Below are positions 22,291-30,734 of a stretch of DNA of 31,918 nucleotides, piece after piece. The DNA is from Polyangiales bacterium (lineage in GTDB: Bacteria > Myxococcota_A > Polyangia > Polyangiales > Houyiibacteriaceae), in contig JBGCFM010000117.1 of NCBI GenBank assembly GCA_045106895.1, positions 1 through 31,918 on the forward strand. The letters are read 5' to 3'. The position numbers were made by a program, and so were the translations under genes. How positions within the stretch are numbered: position 1 is the stretch's first letter; each line of letters starts with the position of its first letter. The notes under the pieces are model-generated. The model did no database searches. It was not told the DNA's origin and was given only the letters and a program-made list of their open reading frames with translations.

Positions 22291-22967
22291 CTCTTCTTCC
22301 CGCGCCGGCGAAGCTTCACGTCATCGGAGGCGAGGAGCTCGCCGTTCGTCATCTCTTTGATGTGCAAGAGCTTCGCGCTCCCGCGGTATCCGGTCTGAGC
22401 GCTTGGGTCGTGCATGAGTGTTCCTCTGCCGGCGACGGTGACAACCTCGCCCCGTTCGAGGATGCCTTCTCTTGCGCGAAGCGTCTTCTTGAGGAGGATG
22501 CCGTGGGTGCTCACGCCTCTCGCGTCCATGAACGCCTTGAGTTCCGCAGATGCAGGGTTGAAGAAGCCCTGGCCTCCTGAGGCGTCGTAGTCGAGCGCCA
22601 TCGAGAGCGCAGTTCCATCGACGATGGCGCGCCCACTCTCGTCTTCCAGCGCAAAATCCGTGGAACGCGACTCGTCGATCACAGTCTTCCAGGTGCTCTG
22701 GTCGCTCTGCTTGCGGCGCTCTTCCACAATAACGCGCCACGCGACGCAGGGCCGGTTAGAGAGGGGCCCAATGAGCGGCTCTTTGCCTTCGACGTATGCC
22801 AAGGTCCCGCTCACTCGCACGTCTTCGTTCACGGGAGTCTGGGCGATGGTGTCGCCGATGGGGAGCTTGAGAATGCGTCGCTTGAGTCGCTTGTCCGCGG
22901 TGCCAAACGTGTAGTGAAGCCAAAACGCGAAGATCCCAAAAATCAGAACGCCAATGAGGGGAGCCAT
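22287..22967 (-). CDS. GIDE-like domain membrane protein, type A copy 2
   Basis: N-terminal TM; VRVSG.L, PLSNRPCVAWRV.VEE, WKTV..ES.STDFALEDESGRAIVD, REGILERGEVVTVAG, TGYRG. Resembles the GIDE (MUL1/SP1-type) domain; no RING finger. Confidence 0.7.
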   Translation of the reverse strand: MAPLIGVLIFGIFAFWLHYTFGTADKRLKRRILKLPIGDTIAQTPVNEDVRVSGTLAYVEGKEPLIGPLSNRPCVAWRVIVEERRKQSDQSTWKTVIDESRSTDFALEDESGRAIVDGTALSMALDYDASGGQGFFNPASAELKAFMDARGVSTHGILLKKTLRAREGILERGEVVTVAGRGTLMHDPSAQTGYRGSAKLLHIKEMTNGELLASDDVKLRRRGKKS

Positions 22968-23009
22968 CTATGAAGCGTCACTGAAGTTGGCGTCAAGAAC
23001 AAGACTCCT

Positions 23010-23645
23010 CTACTTCGCGAGGCTCGCATCGTCCGTCACGAGGAGTTCACCGCTCGCGAGTGGCCCGACCCGCAGGACGGTCTTCCCGCCGCGGTAGCCC
23101 TCGCCGTTTGGGTCGTTCTCGAACCGGCCCTGACCGCAAACGGTCACCACCTCCCCCAGCACGAGAGTACCTTCATGCATCCGCAAGGAACGTCGTGATG
23201 TCTCGATGCCGCGGGCCTCGCAGAACGCCAGGAGCTCCGGCGACGCCGGCTCGAAGATGCGTCGTTCATTTGGAACATCGTGGTGCAAGGCGAGGGTCAG
23301 AAAGCTGCCGTCAACACGCGCTCGTCCGCTCTCGTCCTGAAGAATGAAGTCCACGGCCTCTTCTTCGCGAAGGATCTCCTGCCAGTTCTTCCCTTCGCCG
23401 GCGACAACGATGACACGCCAAGCTACGCATTCGCGCCGTGAAAAAGGCGCCGTCAGAGGCGTGGCCCCATCCGCGTATGCGAGCGTTCCGCTCACTCGAA
23501 CATCCGTGTTTGTCGCCGCGTCAGCGATTGTCGCGGCGAGCGGAAAACGCCGCATTCGTCTCTTGTGTTTTCGGTCCGGCTGAAGCCACGCCACGCCGAC
23601 GCCAATGGTGACGAGGAGAGTAATAAGCGCGACTCCGGCCCACAT
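23010..23645 (-). CDS. GIDE-like domain membrane protein, type B copy 2
   Basis: ATG 23645 (MWAGVAL) lies 4 nt after the upstream stop; 211 aa, same length as 24375..25010; APFSRRECVAWRV, DFILQDESGRARVD, EGTLVLGEVVTVCG. Confidence 0.7.
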   Translation of the reverse strand: MWAGVALITLLVTIGVGVAWLQPDRKHKRRMRRFPLAATIADAATNTDVRVSGTLAYADGATPLTAPFSRRECVAWRVIVVAGEGKNWQEILREEEAVDFILQDESGRARVDGSFLTLALHHDVPNERRIFEPASPELLAFCEARGIETSRRSLRMHEGTLVLGEVVTVCGQGRFENDPNGEGYRGGKTVLRVGPLASGELLVTDDASLAK

Positions 23646-23649
23646 CCTA

Positions 23650-24327
23650 CTAGGCGCTCTCTTGCCCTTTGTTGCCCTTGCGATCGTCTGTCGCCAGTAG
23701 CTCCCCCGTGCTGAGCGCCTGCACATGCAAGAGCTTGGCTGTGCCGCGATACCCGGATTGAGCGCTGGGGTCGTTCATGAACTTGCCACTGCCACCCACC
23801 GTGACCTTTTCGCCAAACTCAAGTGCGCCTTCGCGCGCGCGCAAAGTGCGCTTGAGAAGCAGGCCCTTGGTCTTCACGCCGCGTGTTTGCAGGAATGTCA
23901 TAAGTTCAGGAGACCCATCGTTGAACATGTCGGAGCTGTCCGATGCGTCGAAGTCCAGCGCGAGACTCAGCGCTGACCCATCGACGATGGCGCGGCCACT
24001 CTCGTCTTCGAGGGCGAAGTCCGTCGAGTCCGATTCATCGACCACCTTGTGCCAAGAGCTGCTTTTGCCGTTGCTCTTCTTTACCTCCACAAGGACGCGC
24101 CAAGCGACGCAGGGGCGACCGGAGATAGGCGCCGTGAGTGGCGCTTTGCCTTCCACGTACGCCAGCATACCGCTGACGCGCACATCTTGGTTTTCCGGCG
24201 TTAGGGCGATGGAACTGCTGATGGGGAGCTTCCGAAGCCTTCGCTTCAAACGCCGCTCCGCGCCAAAGTAGTAGATCAGTCCGATGACTGCGACGCCGAT
24301 TAACATGACCGCGAACTGGAATGCCAT
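23650..24327 (-). CDS. GIDE-like domain membrane protein, type A copy 1
   Basis: 225 aa; shares long identical stretches with 22287..22967 (LAYVEGK, RPCVAWRV, STDFALEDESGRAIVDG, TLRAREG, DPSAQ.GYRG.AKLLH). Confidence 0.7.
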   Translation of the reverse strand: MAFQFAVMLIGVAVIGLIYYFGAERRLKRRLRKLPISSSIALTPENQDVRVSGMLAYVEGKAPLTAPISGRPCVAWRVLVEVKKSNGKSSSWHKVVDESDSTDFALEDESGRAIVDGSALSLALDFDASDSSDMFNDGSPELMTFLQTRGVKTKGLLLKRTLRAREGALEFGEKVTVGGSGKFMNDPSAQSGYRGTAKLLHVQALSTGELLATDDRKGNKGQESA

Positions 24328-24374
24328 GTTTAGAGCCTCACTGATGTTCGCCGGAAGAACAAGCTCTCACCGGG

Positions 24375-25010
24375 CTACACAAGATCGGGGTCATCGCTGA
24401 CGAGAGTCTCACCACACTGCAAAGGCCCAACGCGAAAGATGGTGTTCTGTCCGCGGTAGCCCACTTTTGCGTTCAGATCGCGCTCGAGACGACAGCGGCC
24501 ACAGACGCTCACGACTTCGCCCTCCTCAAGGACGCCTTCACGCATCCGGAGGCTCTGACCCCATGTGTCGATGCCTACCGACCCACAGAACTCGACGAAG
24601 CCCGGAGTGGTGCGACCGATGATGTGCTTCTGGGCCTTGGCGTCCGCATCGAGCACAAGAGTAAGAAAGACTGAGTCTACCCGGGCGCGAGCGCTGTCAT
24701 CGTCGACGCGAAAGTCGATGGATGCGCTGCTTTGATAGATCTCGTTCCACTTCTTGTTCTCACTCCGTTCGACGACGATTCGCCAAGCGACGCAGGGGCG
24801 CTTCGAGAAGGGCGCGATGATCGGCGCGCTCCCATCGACATAAGCAAGAGTGCCGCTGATGCGTACGTCTTTGCCTCTTGGTGCATCGGCGATTCGCTCG
24901 GCTTTTGGAAACTTCGCCATGCGTCGCTTGAGCTTCCGGTCGGCGTTTAACCAGAACTCAAGGCCCGCGGCGCTAAGAGCGAAGACTCCTACGGCGATGC
25001 CTAGCCACAC
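24375..25010 (-). CDS. GIDE-like domain membrane protein, type B copy 1
   Basis: 211 aa, GTG start (MWLGIAV); APFSKRPCVAWRI, SLRMREGVLEEGEVVSVCG, GYRG, RVGPL are shared with 23010..23645. Confidence 0.7.
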   Translation of the reverse strand: MWLGIAVGVFALSAAGLEFWLNADRKLKRRMAKFPKAERIADAPRGKDVRISGTLAYVDGSAPIIAPFSKRPCVAWRIVVERSENKKWNEIYQSSASIDFRVDDDSARARVDSVFLTLVLDADAKAQKHIIGRTTPGFVEFCGSVGIDTWGQSLRMREGVLEEGEVVSVCGRCRLERDLNAKVGYRGQNTIFRVGPLQCGETLVSDDPDLV

Positions 25011-25056
25011 GTTTTAAAGCCTGAAGGATTCTACAGCTCGTTTCAACGGCGGCGAG

Positions 25057-25767
25057 CTACTCGGCTCGCTCGTACGCGTACATCGCGTAGCGCCAGGGCG
25101 ATGCGTCGAGGTGGAGGTGGTCGCGGTGACGGGGCCGCGGTGGACCGACGATGCCGCGAAAGATGTCGGGCCGAACACGAAGCGCATCCGTCACACGATG
25201 AAGGAACTCAGCGTGGTAGGCGTCGCGTCGCCGGCGTGGGGTCCAGTGTTCGAGGACCGTGATAGAGAAGCTGCGGCGCATACGCGGTGGCATGTTTGCT
25301 GGGAGCTCTTCGCCACGTGGCAGAGCTGGGAACTCGAAGCCCTGCAAGTCGAGGGCGTTGCCAAAGGCGTGCTCGCTGATGCGGGCGCGGCGTCCACGTG
25401 CGATGCGACAGTTGAATGCCCCGCGATGACGGAGGCGGCGAGGTGCGCGCCCGTAGTGCTCGATGGCCAGCTGGGTGACGAGGCTCTCGAAGCGGGCGAG
25501 GCGAGGAACGAAGGCGCTGTGGACCCGTGCGGGTCGCCGGTAGCGGATCTTGTCACCCCGATATCGAACCAAGGACGCAGTGTCGCAGTCGGGACGACCT
25601 GGGCGCTCCGCGATGCGTTCCACCGAGTCGAGCTCATAAGAGTCTGGAGGCCAACCGGTGAAGAAGCTGAAGAAGCTGACGTCCTGGCCCCTCGCCGCCG
25701 ACGTCAGGAAGACGGCGCAAAAGAGGAGGGCCCCGAGGGAACCCCATACGAGCGAGCGACGCTTCAT
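25057..25767 (-). CDS. Extensin-family (Extensin-like C-terminal domain) exported protein
   Basis: Signal peptide; GAFNCR, ISEHAFGNALDL.GF and HRDHLHLD motifs typical of extensin-like/M15-related proteins. Confidence 0.85.
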   Translation of the reverse strand: MKRRSLVWGSLGALLFCAVFLTSAARGQDVSFFSFFTGWPPDSYELDSVERIAERPGRPDCDTASLVRYRGDKIRYRRPARVHSAFVPRLARFESLVTQLAIEHYGRAPRRLRHRGAFNCRIARGRRARISEHAFGNALDLQGFEFPALPRGEELPANMPPRMRRSFSITVLEHWTPRRRRDAYHAEFLHRVTDALRVRPDIFRGIVGPPRPRHRDHLHLDASPWRYAMYAYERAE

Positions 25768-25829
25768 TTCTTCACCATGCCGACAAGCAGACGTCCCGGC
25801 GTGGCAAAAGTTCCTTCAAGAGGATTTTA

Positions 25830-25987
25830 GTGTGCGATTCAGAAAGGTAGACGGGAGATGACGCAGGACTGGAGTCCGAGGGCTAGGCGCGATGACGAAG
25901 GAATGTCCCCGACATTTTGAGGAAGAGCAACGCAGCCATCGGGCTGCAGGACAAGTCAGGTCCCCTCTACTTTTCTGAATCGCGCAC
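25830..25987. mobile_element. Putative MITE (158 bp, non-autonomous, TA-flanked, hairpin-forming)
   Basis: Terminal inverted repeats GTGTGCGATTCAGAAAGGTAGA (25830-25851) and TCTACTTTTCTGAATCGCGCAC (25966-25987) match at 20/22; TA at 25828-29 and 25988-89; imperfect pairing continues to about 55 bp; central hairpin AATGTC-CCC-GACATT. Confidence 0.75.
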
Positions 25988-28863
25988 TAAATGTTCGTGA
26001 CGCGAACCAGCATGAACTTGTTGTTGAAGCGCTCGTCCGTGAGCTCCTCGACCTCGGCGCCGCGGAACACGCCACGCATGCTGCCGAGGCGACCCTTCTC
26101 AAGCACGACGAAGACAGTCTTTCCGCGGTTGGCGGCGATCCACTCGCGCAGCTTTTCCGTCTCGATGTCGACGAAGATGTGGACGCGGTTGCCCGTGTAG
26201 AAGTTCTCACCCTTCCAGTTCATCTGGTAGGCGAGGACTGGCTCTTCCGGGCCGCTTCGCTCTTCGTAGTAGCGCGCGAAGAGGTTCTGCATGCCCCAGT
26301 GTGGGCCAAGGTCCGGCAGGTAGACGTTGAGGGACCACGCGGAGAAAAGAAGCGCCGCGGCGAGGGCTGCGCGTGCGGCAGCTGCGCGGGTCCAGCGAAG
26401 CGCCATGAAGGCAAAGAGCAAGGTCGCCGTAATGCCGAAGCCCGTCAGGATGGGGCGATAGTCGATGTACTCTGGCCAAGGTCGGCTGTAGTTGTAGACG
26501 AAGAGGTGGATGAAACGCTCGAAGCCGTGGGGTCGTGCGGAGGTCATCCATGCAGCGTCGCGGGCGACGAAGGCCAAGATAACGGTGCCGGCGGCGACAG
26601 CGATGGCGATGGCGATGTCCGTTTGCGGCGACGACTCTTTCGCGTGGTCTTTTCGGTAGATCCACGCGGCGCCAGCGAGGGCTGCTCCTCCAAGAAGGAT
26701 GAGCCCAAGGCCGAGGCCTGAGCCGAGGCCGTTGTTGATGGCCCAGTCGACACGGGCCGAGCCTTCGACGTCGTCCGGAGTAAGCCCTCGAAGGTCTCCA
26801 TAGAGCGCGCCGAAGCCCGCGATGAGAGCGAGGGGAGAGGCCATGGAGAGCAAGAGGGCAAAGCCTCCGCGCTTCTTCTCAGGCGGGACCACCTCGCCTT
26901 TGGCGCGGTAAGGATCGGCGCCTTCGGTGATCTCGGGCCCCGGCGCCTTTGGACGTCCAAAGAAGCGGTGAAGAAGGATGCCCGAAAGAATCGCGGCTGG
27001 GGGAACAGCGGGGAAGATGTAGTGATGGAACTTCGTGATCATCGCGCTGAAGAGCGCGAAGGCGGCGAAGAACCAGAGACCGAGAAGCATCAGCACTTCG
27101 GCTTGTCGCTTGAGCCGCACTTCTTCTTCGAGGTGAGGAAGACCGCCGGAGTAAGCGCCGAGGAGCTTCTTCTGCACGCCTACGTTGTCCGAGCGCATCC
27201 ACACCCAAGCGAGAACGCCGGCCGGAACAAGGCCGACCCAAGGGAAGAGCCCAAAGCCAAGCTGCTCCACGAAGTACTGAATAGAGCCGGTGTCGCCGTG
27301 GACGCCGGCAGCCACGCGGTTGATATTGTCATGAACGAGGAGCCGGTCTGTGAAACCGCTGGCGTGTCGCATGTACATCGCCACGAACCACGGCATCGCC
27401 ACCATCAATACGACGAGGATGCCGGGTGCGACCTTGAGGGCTCCGCTGTAGAGAAGCTTCCAACGCTTCGTCGCGATGAGGAAGAAGAGCGCGATCATTC
27501 CTGGGATCGCGATGCCGGGGATCGTCTTGCCCATGAACGCGAGGGCACAGAAGACGTAGAAGGCCATCATGTAGAGGGCCTGAGAACGCGTCTCTTTGCG
27601 CAGCATGTAGAGGACAGCTGCAAGCAAGAGGAGCCAGAAGAGACCCTGGCTGATGGGTTGCGCCCACCAACTGTCGACGGCTGCATGTTGGATGCTGTGT
27701 GTCGCGAGGCCCGGGACTCCGTCGGGGTTGCTGACGGCGTCCCAGCCATTGTTTCCAGCGGACCCGTAGAGGAAACTATCGGCCTGAAACGCGAAGCCCT
27801 CGTTTGGATAGAACGTGATGTTCCGTGTGATCAGATAGAACGCTTGAGGGATCGCCAAAAGCGCGATGCCGCCCAAGACGAGCTGCCGCAGACCGAGGCC
27901 CATGCCGAAGAAGCGTGTCTCTTTGACTTGCTCTTCACCGTCTGTGCTGACGGCGAGGGCGAGGAAACACATCGCCATCACGACGTTGGACACGAGGTAC
28001 ATGTCCGTGATCGCCTGGTGCGAGAGCATGAAAAAATGGGGCGCGCTCGCCAAGGTCAGCGCAGCGAGAACACCCGCGCGGGGCCCGAAAATGCGCTTCA
28101 TCGAGCCGAAGACCACCATCACAGCGCAGAGACTGAAGGTGAGAACCGGGAGGCGAATCGCCCACTCTGGATGTGAGGGGTTCGCGTCTGGAAGAACGTT
28201 GACGTCGAGGGCGCTCAGCCAGAACGACTCGCTCCAGAAGATGAGGATCGGCTTGCTCCAGAACCAGTTCTCGTGGGCCCACCAGAGGGAGATCCAGTCG
28301 TCGCGCGCAACCATCTCGCGTGCGACTTCGCCGTAGTGAGTCTCCCAGGGGTCCCAGAGGGAGAACGTGCCAAGGAGAGGTACGTAGATCATCGCCGTGA
28401 CGACGAAGACCAACATGCCAGGACGACGAATCGCCGATGGGAGGAGCAGCAAGAGCGCCACCACGATGACCCACGACAACCACGCGTAACCACCGATGAG
28501 CGCGCCGCCGACGATGACAAGGATGGCAAGAGGAACCGAGTAGTGGGGAGAGCGCCAGCTAGGTTCGCCCTCAAGCGGTCCGAAAGCGGTCTCGCGCCAA
28601 GACGGAGCCCCCGGTGCAGCTTTCATGAAACCGGTGACGCGAAGCAGACCCACAACAGTGATGAACGTGAGCGCTAACCCAAGAAGCGACCCGTGAGGGA
28701 TCCGTCCGGCGTGCGACATCAGCAGTAAGAGACTGCCCGGTCCCAATATGAAGAGTGAGAGCTTCAGCCTCGCGTTGCGCATGGTGCGCGAAGGATCCGA
28801 GGTCTTTTCGGTATTCCGAACAGCGCTCGATTTCGTGTCGTCTTTAGTTTTCTTTTTGCTCAC
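25987..28863 (-). CDS. ArnT/PMT-like (GT-C fold, GT39/GT83-type) integral membrane glycosyltransferase
   Basis: WDPWETHYGEVAREM, WFWSKPILIFW, WAIRLP, AITDM, AMPWF, TKFHHYIFPAVPP; many TM helices; 958 aa. Confidence 0.88.
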   Translation of the reverse strand: MSKKKTKDDTKSSAVRNTEKTSDPSRTMRNARLKLSLFILGPGSLLLLMSHAGRIPHGSLLGLALTFITVVGLLRVTGFMKAAPGAPSWRETAFGPLEGEPSWRSPHYSVPLAILVIVGGALIGGYAWLSWVIVVALLLLLPSAIRRPGMLVFVVTAMIYVPLLGTFSLWDPWETHYGEVAREMVARDDWISLWWAHENWFWSKPILIFWSESFWLSALDVNVLPDANPSHPEWAIRLPVLTFSLCAVMVVFGSMKRIFGPRAGVLAALTLASAPHFFMLSHQAITDMYLVSNVVMAMCFLALAVSTDGEEQVKETRFFGMGLGLRQLVLGGIALLAIPQAFYLITRNITFYPNEGFAFQADSFLYGSAGNNGWDAVSNPDGVPGLATHSIQHAAVDSWWAQPISQGLFWLLLLAAVLYMLRKETRSQALYMMAFYVFCALAFMGKTIPGIAIPGMIALFFLIATKRWKLLYSGALKVAPGILVVLMVAMPWFVAMYMRHASGFTDRLLVHDNINRVAAGVHGDTGSIQYFVEQLGFGLFPWVGLVPAGVLAWVWMRSDNVGVQKKLLGAYSGGLPHLEEEVRLKRQAEVLMLLGLWFFAAFALFSAMITKFHHYIFPAVPPAAILSGILLHRFFGRPKAPGPEITEGADPYRAKGEVVPPEKKRGGFALLLSMASPLALIAGFGALYGDLRGLTPDDVEGSARVDWAINNGLGSGLGLGLILLGGAALAGAAWIYRKDHAKESSPQTDIAIAIAVAAGTVILAFVARDAAWMTSARPHGFERFIHLFVYNYSRPWPEYIDYRPILTGFGITATLLFAFMALRWTRAAAARAALAAALLFSAWSLNVYLPDLGPHWGMQNLFARYYEERSGPEEPVLAYQMNWKGENFYTGNRVHIFVDIETEKLREWIAANRGKTVFVVLEKGRLGSMRGVFRGAEVEELTDERFNNKFMLVRVTNI

Positions 28864-28932
28864 AGGCGCCTCAGAAGGCGCCGAGCATAGCGCTGCCCTT
28901 GGCGATGCGCGAATCGGGGAATTCGCAAAAAC

Positions 28933-29013
28933 CGACCGGTGGTCGAAACGATCGGTAGAAACTGCTTGCTCAATCCTAAGAATGGAGCAATGGTTCTTAG
29001 ACCAGCGGTCGAA
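28933..29013. promoter_or_regulatory. Two GACC-N3-GGTC palindromes, candidate TetR operators
   Basis: CGACC-GGT-GGTCG (28933-28945) and TTAGACC-AGC-GGTCGAA (28997-29013), both reading GGTCGAA on the right, in the divergent region upstream of the TetR gene. Confidence 0.6.
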
Positions 29014-29073
29014 CAGGGTAGTACAACCGTGCGTTCCTAGCTGTTTTTAGCGTTTATAGCTGTTCTACATTTC

Positions 29074-29715
29074 ATGCCTCTTCCACGATTCCACAAGCTA
29101 GAGCTCGCCAAACAGCTGGAGCTCTTGGACGCAGCCGCCACCGAGCTCGCCGAGCATGGCTATGAGGGTGCGAGCATCGCCTCCGTCGTCGAGCGAGCCG
29201 GGGCCAGCAAGAGCGCGGTCTACTACTACTTCGAAGACAAAGAAGACCTCTTCCAGACCGTGTTGGAGCGCTCCATTCAAGACGCGATGGCCACCGTGGG
29301 CGAGCACGACCCAGCGGAGATCGAGGCCGATTTTTGGGGCGCACTTCGCCGTAAGAAGCGGGCCATCTTGGAGCACTTCGCCGGGCGGCCCGTCGAACAG
29401 GCGATCTGGCGATTGGCCATGGCGGTTCGCAGCGAGAACCATCCACACCCAGCGTGCATTGGAGCGATGCACAATGAGGTACGTCGCCGCTGGATCACCG
29501 TCCTCGAAACTGGGCGTCGCACCGGTGCGGTACGAACCGACCTCGACCTTGAGCTCGCCGTCAACTTGCTCCTCGCCGTGGACGGCCTGCTCCAACAGTA
29601 CTTCATCCTCGAGATTCAACAGTTCAACGACGAAGACTTGGATGCCCAAGTCGAACGCAGCGTCGACCTCATCGAGCGATTGTTACGACCGCAGCCTTTG
29701 GAGGGCGCGCCATGA
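29074..29715 (+). CDS. TetR/AcrR-family transcriptional regulator
   Basis: LLDAAATELAEHGYEGASIASVVERAGASKSAVYYYFEDKEDLF HTH; C-terminal GAVRTDLD. Confidence 0.95.
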   Translation: MPLPRFHKLELAKQLELLDAAATELAEHGYEGASIASVVERAGASKSAVYYYFEDKEDLFQTVLERSIQDAMATVGEHDPAEIEADFWGALRRKKRAILEHFAGRPVEQAIWRLAMAVRSENHPHPACIGAMHNEVRRRWITVLETGRRTGAVRTDLDLELAVNLLLAVDGLLQQYFILEIQQFNDEDLDAQVERSVDLIERLLRPQPLEGAP

Positions 29716-30212
29716 ACACAGAGCACCCAATTCTTGATTCCTCCGTTGTTGATGAACATGAAGCGATGTTGTTTCGCTATGCGCGGCGCCGCGTCGCCAC
29801 CGACGAGATCGCCAAGGAGCTCGTGCAGGACACTTGGGTCGCAGCTCTGACCGCGCTCCCGCGTTTCGCCGGCCGCTCATCGATGCGGACTTGGCTAACG
29901 TCGATTCTCCGTCGAAAGATCGCCGACCTCTACCGTGGTCGCAAAGACACCGTGTCCTACGAGGAGACCTTCGATGACTCCCCCCAAGGCGTCGAGTTCC
30001 TCCAGCAGGTGATGGCGCGTGAGAGCGCGAAACGCGTTCTTCGGGCCATGAACGACCTTACGCCACGCGAGCGAGAAGCCGTCGAGCTCTGCGGCGTTGA
30101 AGACATGGATCGCGACGAAGCAGCGTCGAAGATGGGGCTCAGCCGGCCTTGTTTGCGCGTGACGCTTTGCCGCGGTCGACGTCATTTGCGCGAGCTTGCG
30201 GAGAGCGCGTAA
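29712..30212 (+). CDS. ECF-type RNA polymerase sigma factor
   Basis: Region 2 (LFRYARRRV...AKELVQDTW...FAGRSSMRTWL.SILRRKI.D) and region 4 (LTPREREAV.L...EAA..MG......RV.L.RGR..LR); ATGA overlap with the TetR stop. Confidence 0.92.
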   Translation: MNTEHPILDSSVVDEHEAMLFRYARRRVATDEIAKELVQDTWVAALTALPRFAGRSSMRTWLTSILRRKIADLYRGRKDTVSYEETFDDSPQGVEFLQQVMARESAKRVLRAMNDLTPREREAVELCGVEDMDRDEAASKMGLSRPCLRVTLCRGRRHLRELAESA

Positions 30213-30455
30213 CGCTTCGCTGGGTCTGTGTGACTTGACCGGAGTTCGGGCAATTGAGCTCGTGTTGACCGTTCGGTGTGTGATGACTCGAAAGCGCCGC
30301 GGCGATCAGAACCAAGCACCATGCGTCAAGCACGGGAGAAGGTTGGTCACGCCCGCGCTTCCTTTCAAATGCCCAAAGCACTTGAAGGGAATCGCGCCCC
30401 TCGTACATCGGTCCCACCACCCCAGTTCTGCGTGATGCGATTTGAACCGTGCGAA

Positions 30456-30692
30456 GGTTCGGGATGGGCACGCGTGGGCCCAAGGCTTCGAGGCCGGCTC
30501 GTCCAAGATGTGGGAGCGCCGACGCCACATTCTCAACTCTCCCACCGTGGTTCTCGATGCATGTCAGAGCACCTCAAAGCGCTACTGCGCGATGAACGTA
30601 TCCCGCGACGGGAGAGAACCTTGTGTCGCCGCATGGGGCGGCGACACAAGCCAGCCGAATGGCCTTGGGCCCACGCGTGCCCACCCCGAACC
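30456..30692. repeat. 31-bp inverted repeat enclosing several hairpins (structured non-coding element)
   Basis: GGTTCGGGATGGGCACGCGTGGGCCCAAGGC (30456-30486) versus GCCTTGGGCCCACGCGTGCCCACCCCGAACC (30662-30692), 30/31; perfect 13-bp hairpin at 30620-30650. Confidence 0.85.
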
Positions 30693-30734
30693 GGACGACT
30701 TGAAGTCGGGTACGGAGCCAGCACGTCACCCCAA

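Noticed and set aside
30456..30692. Calling the inverted-repeat element a retron msr-msd, 6S RNA, tmRNA or riboswitch
   Set aside because: No adjacent reverse transcriptase and no long msd hairpin; no tRNA-like ends or riboswitch consensus. The TTGAACC...GGTTC resemblance to 6S at 30442-30460 is too short. Kept only as an unassigned element.
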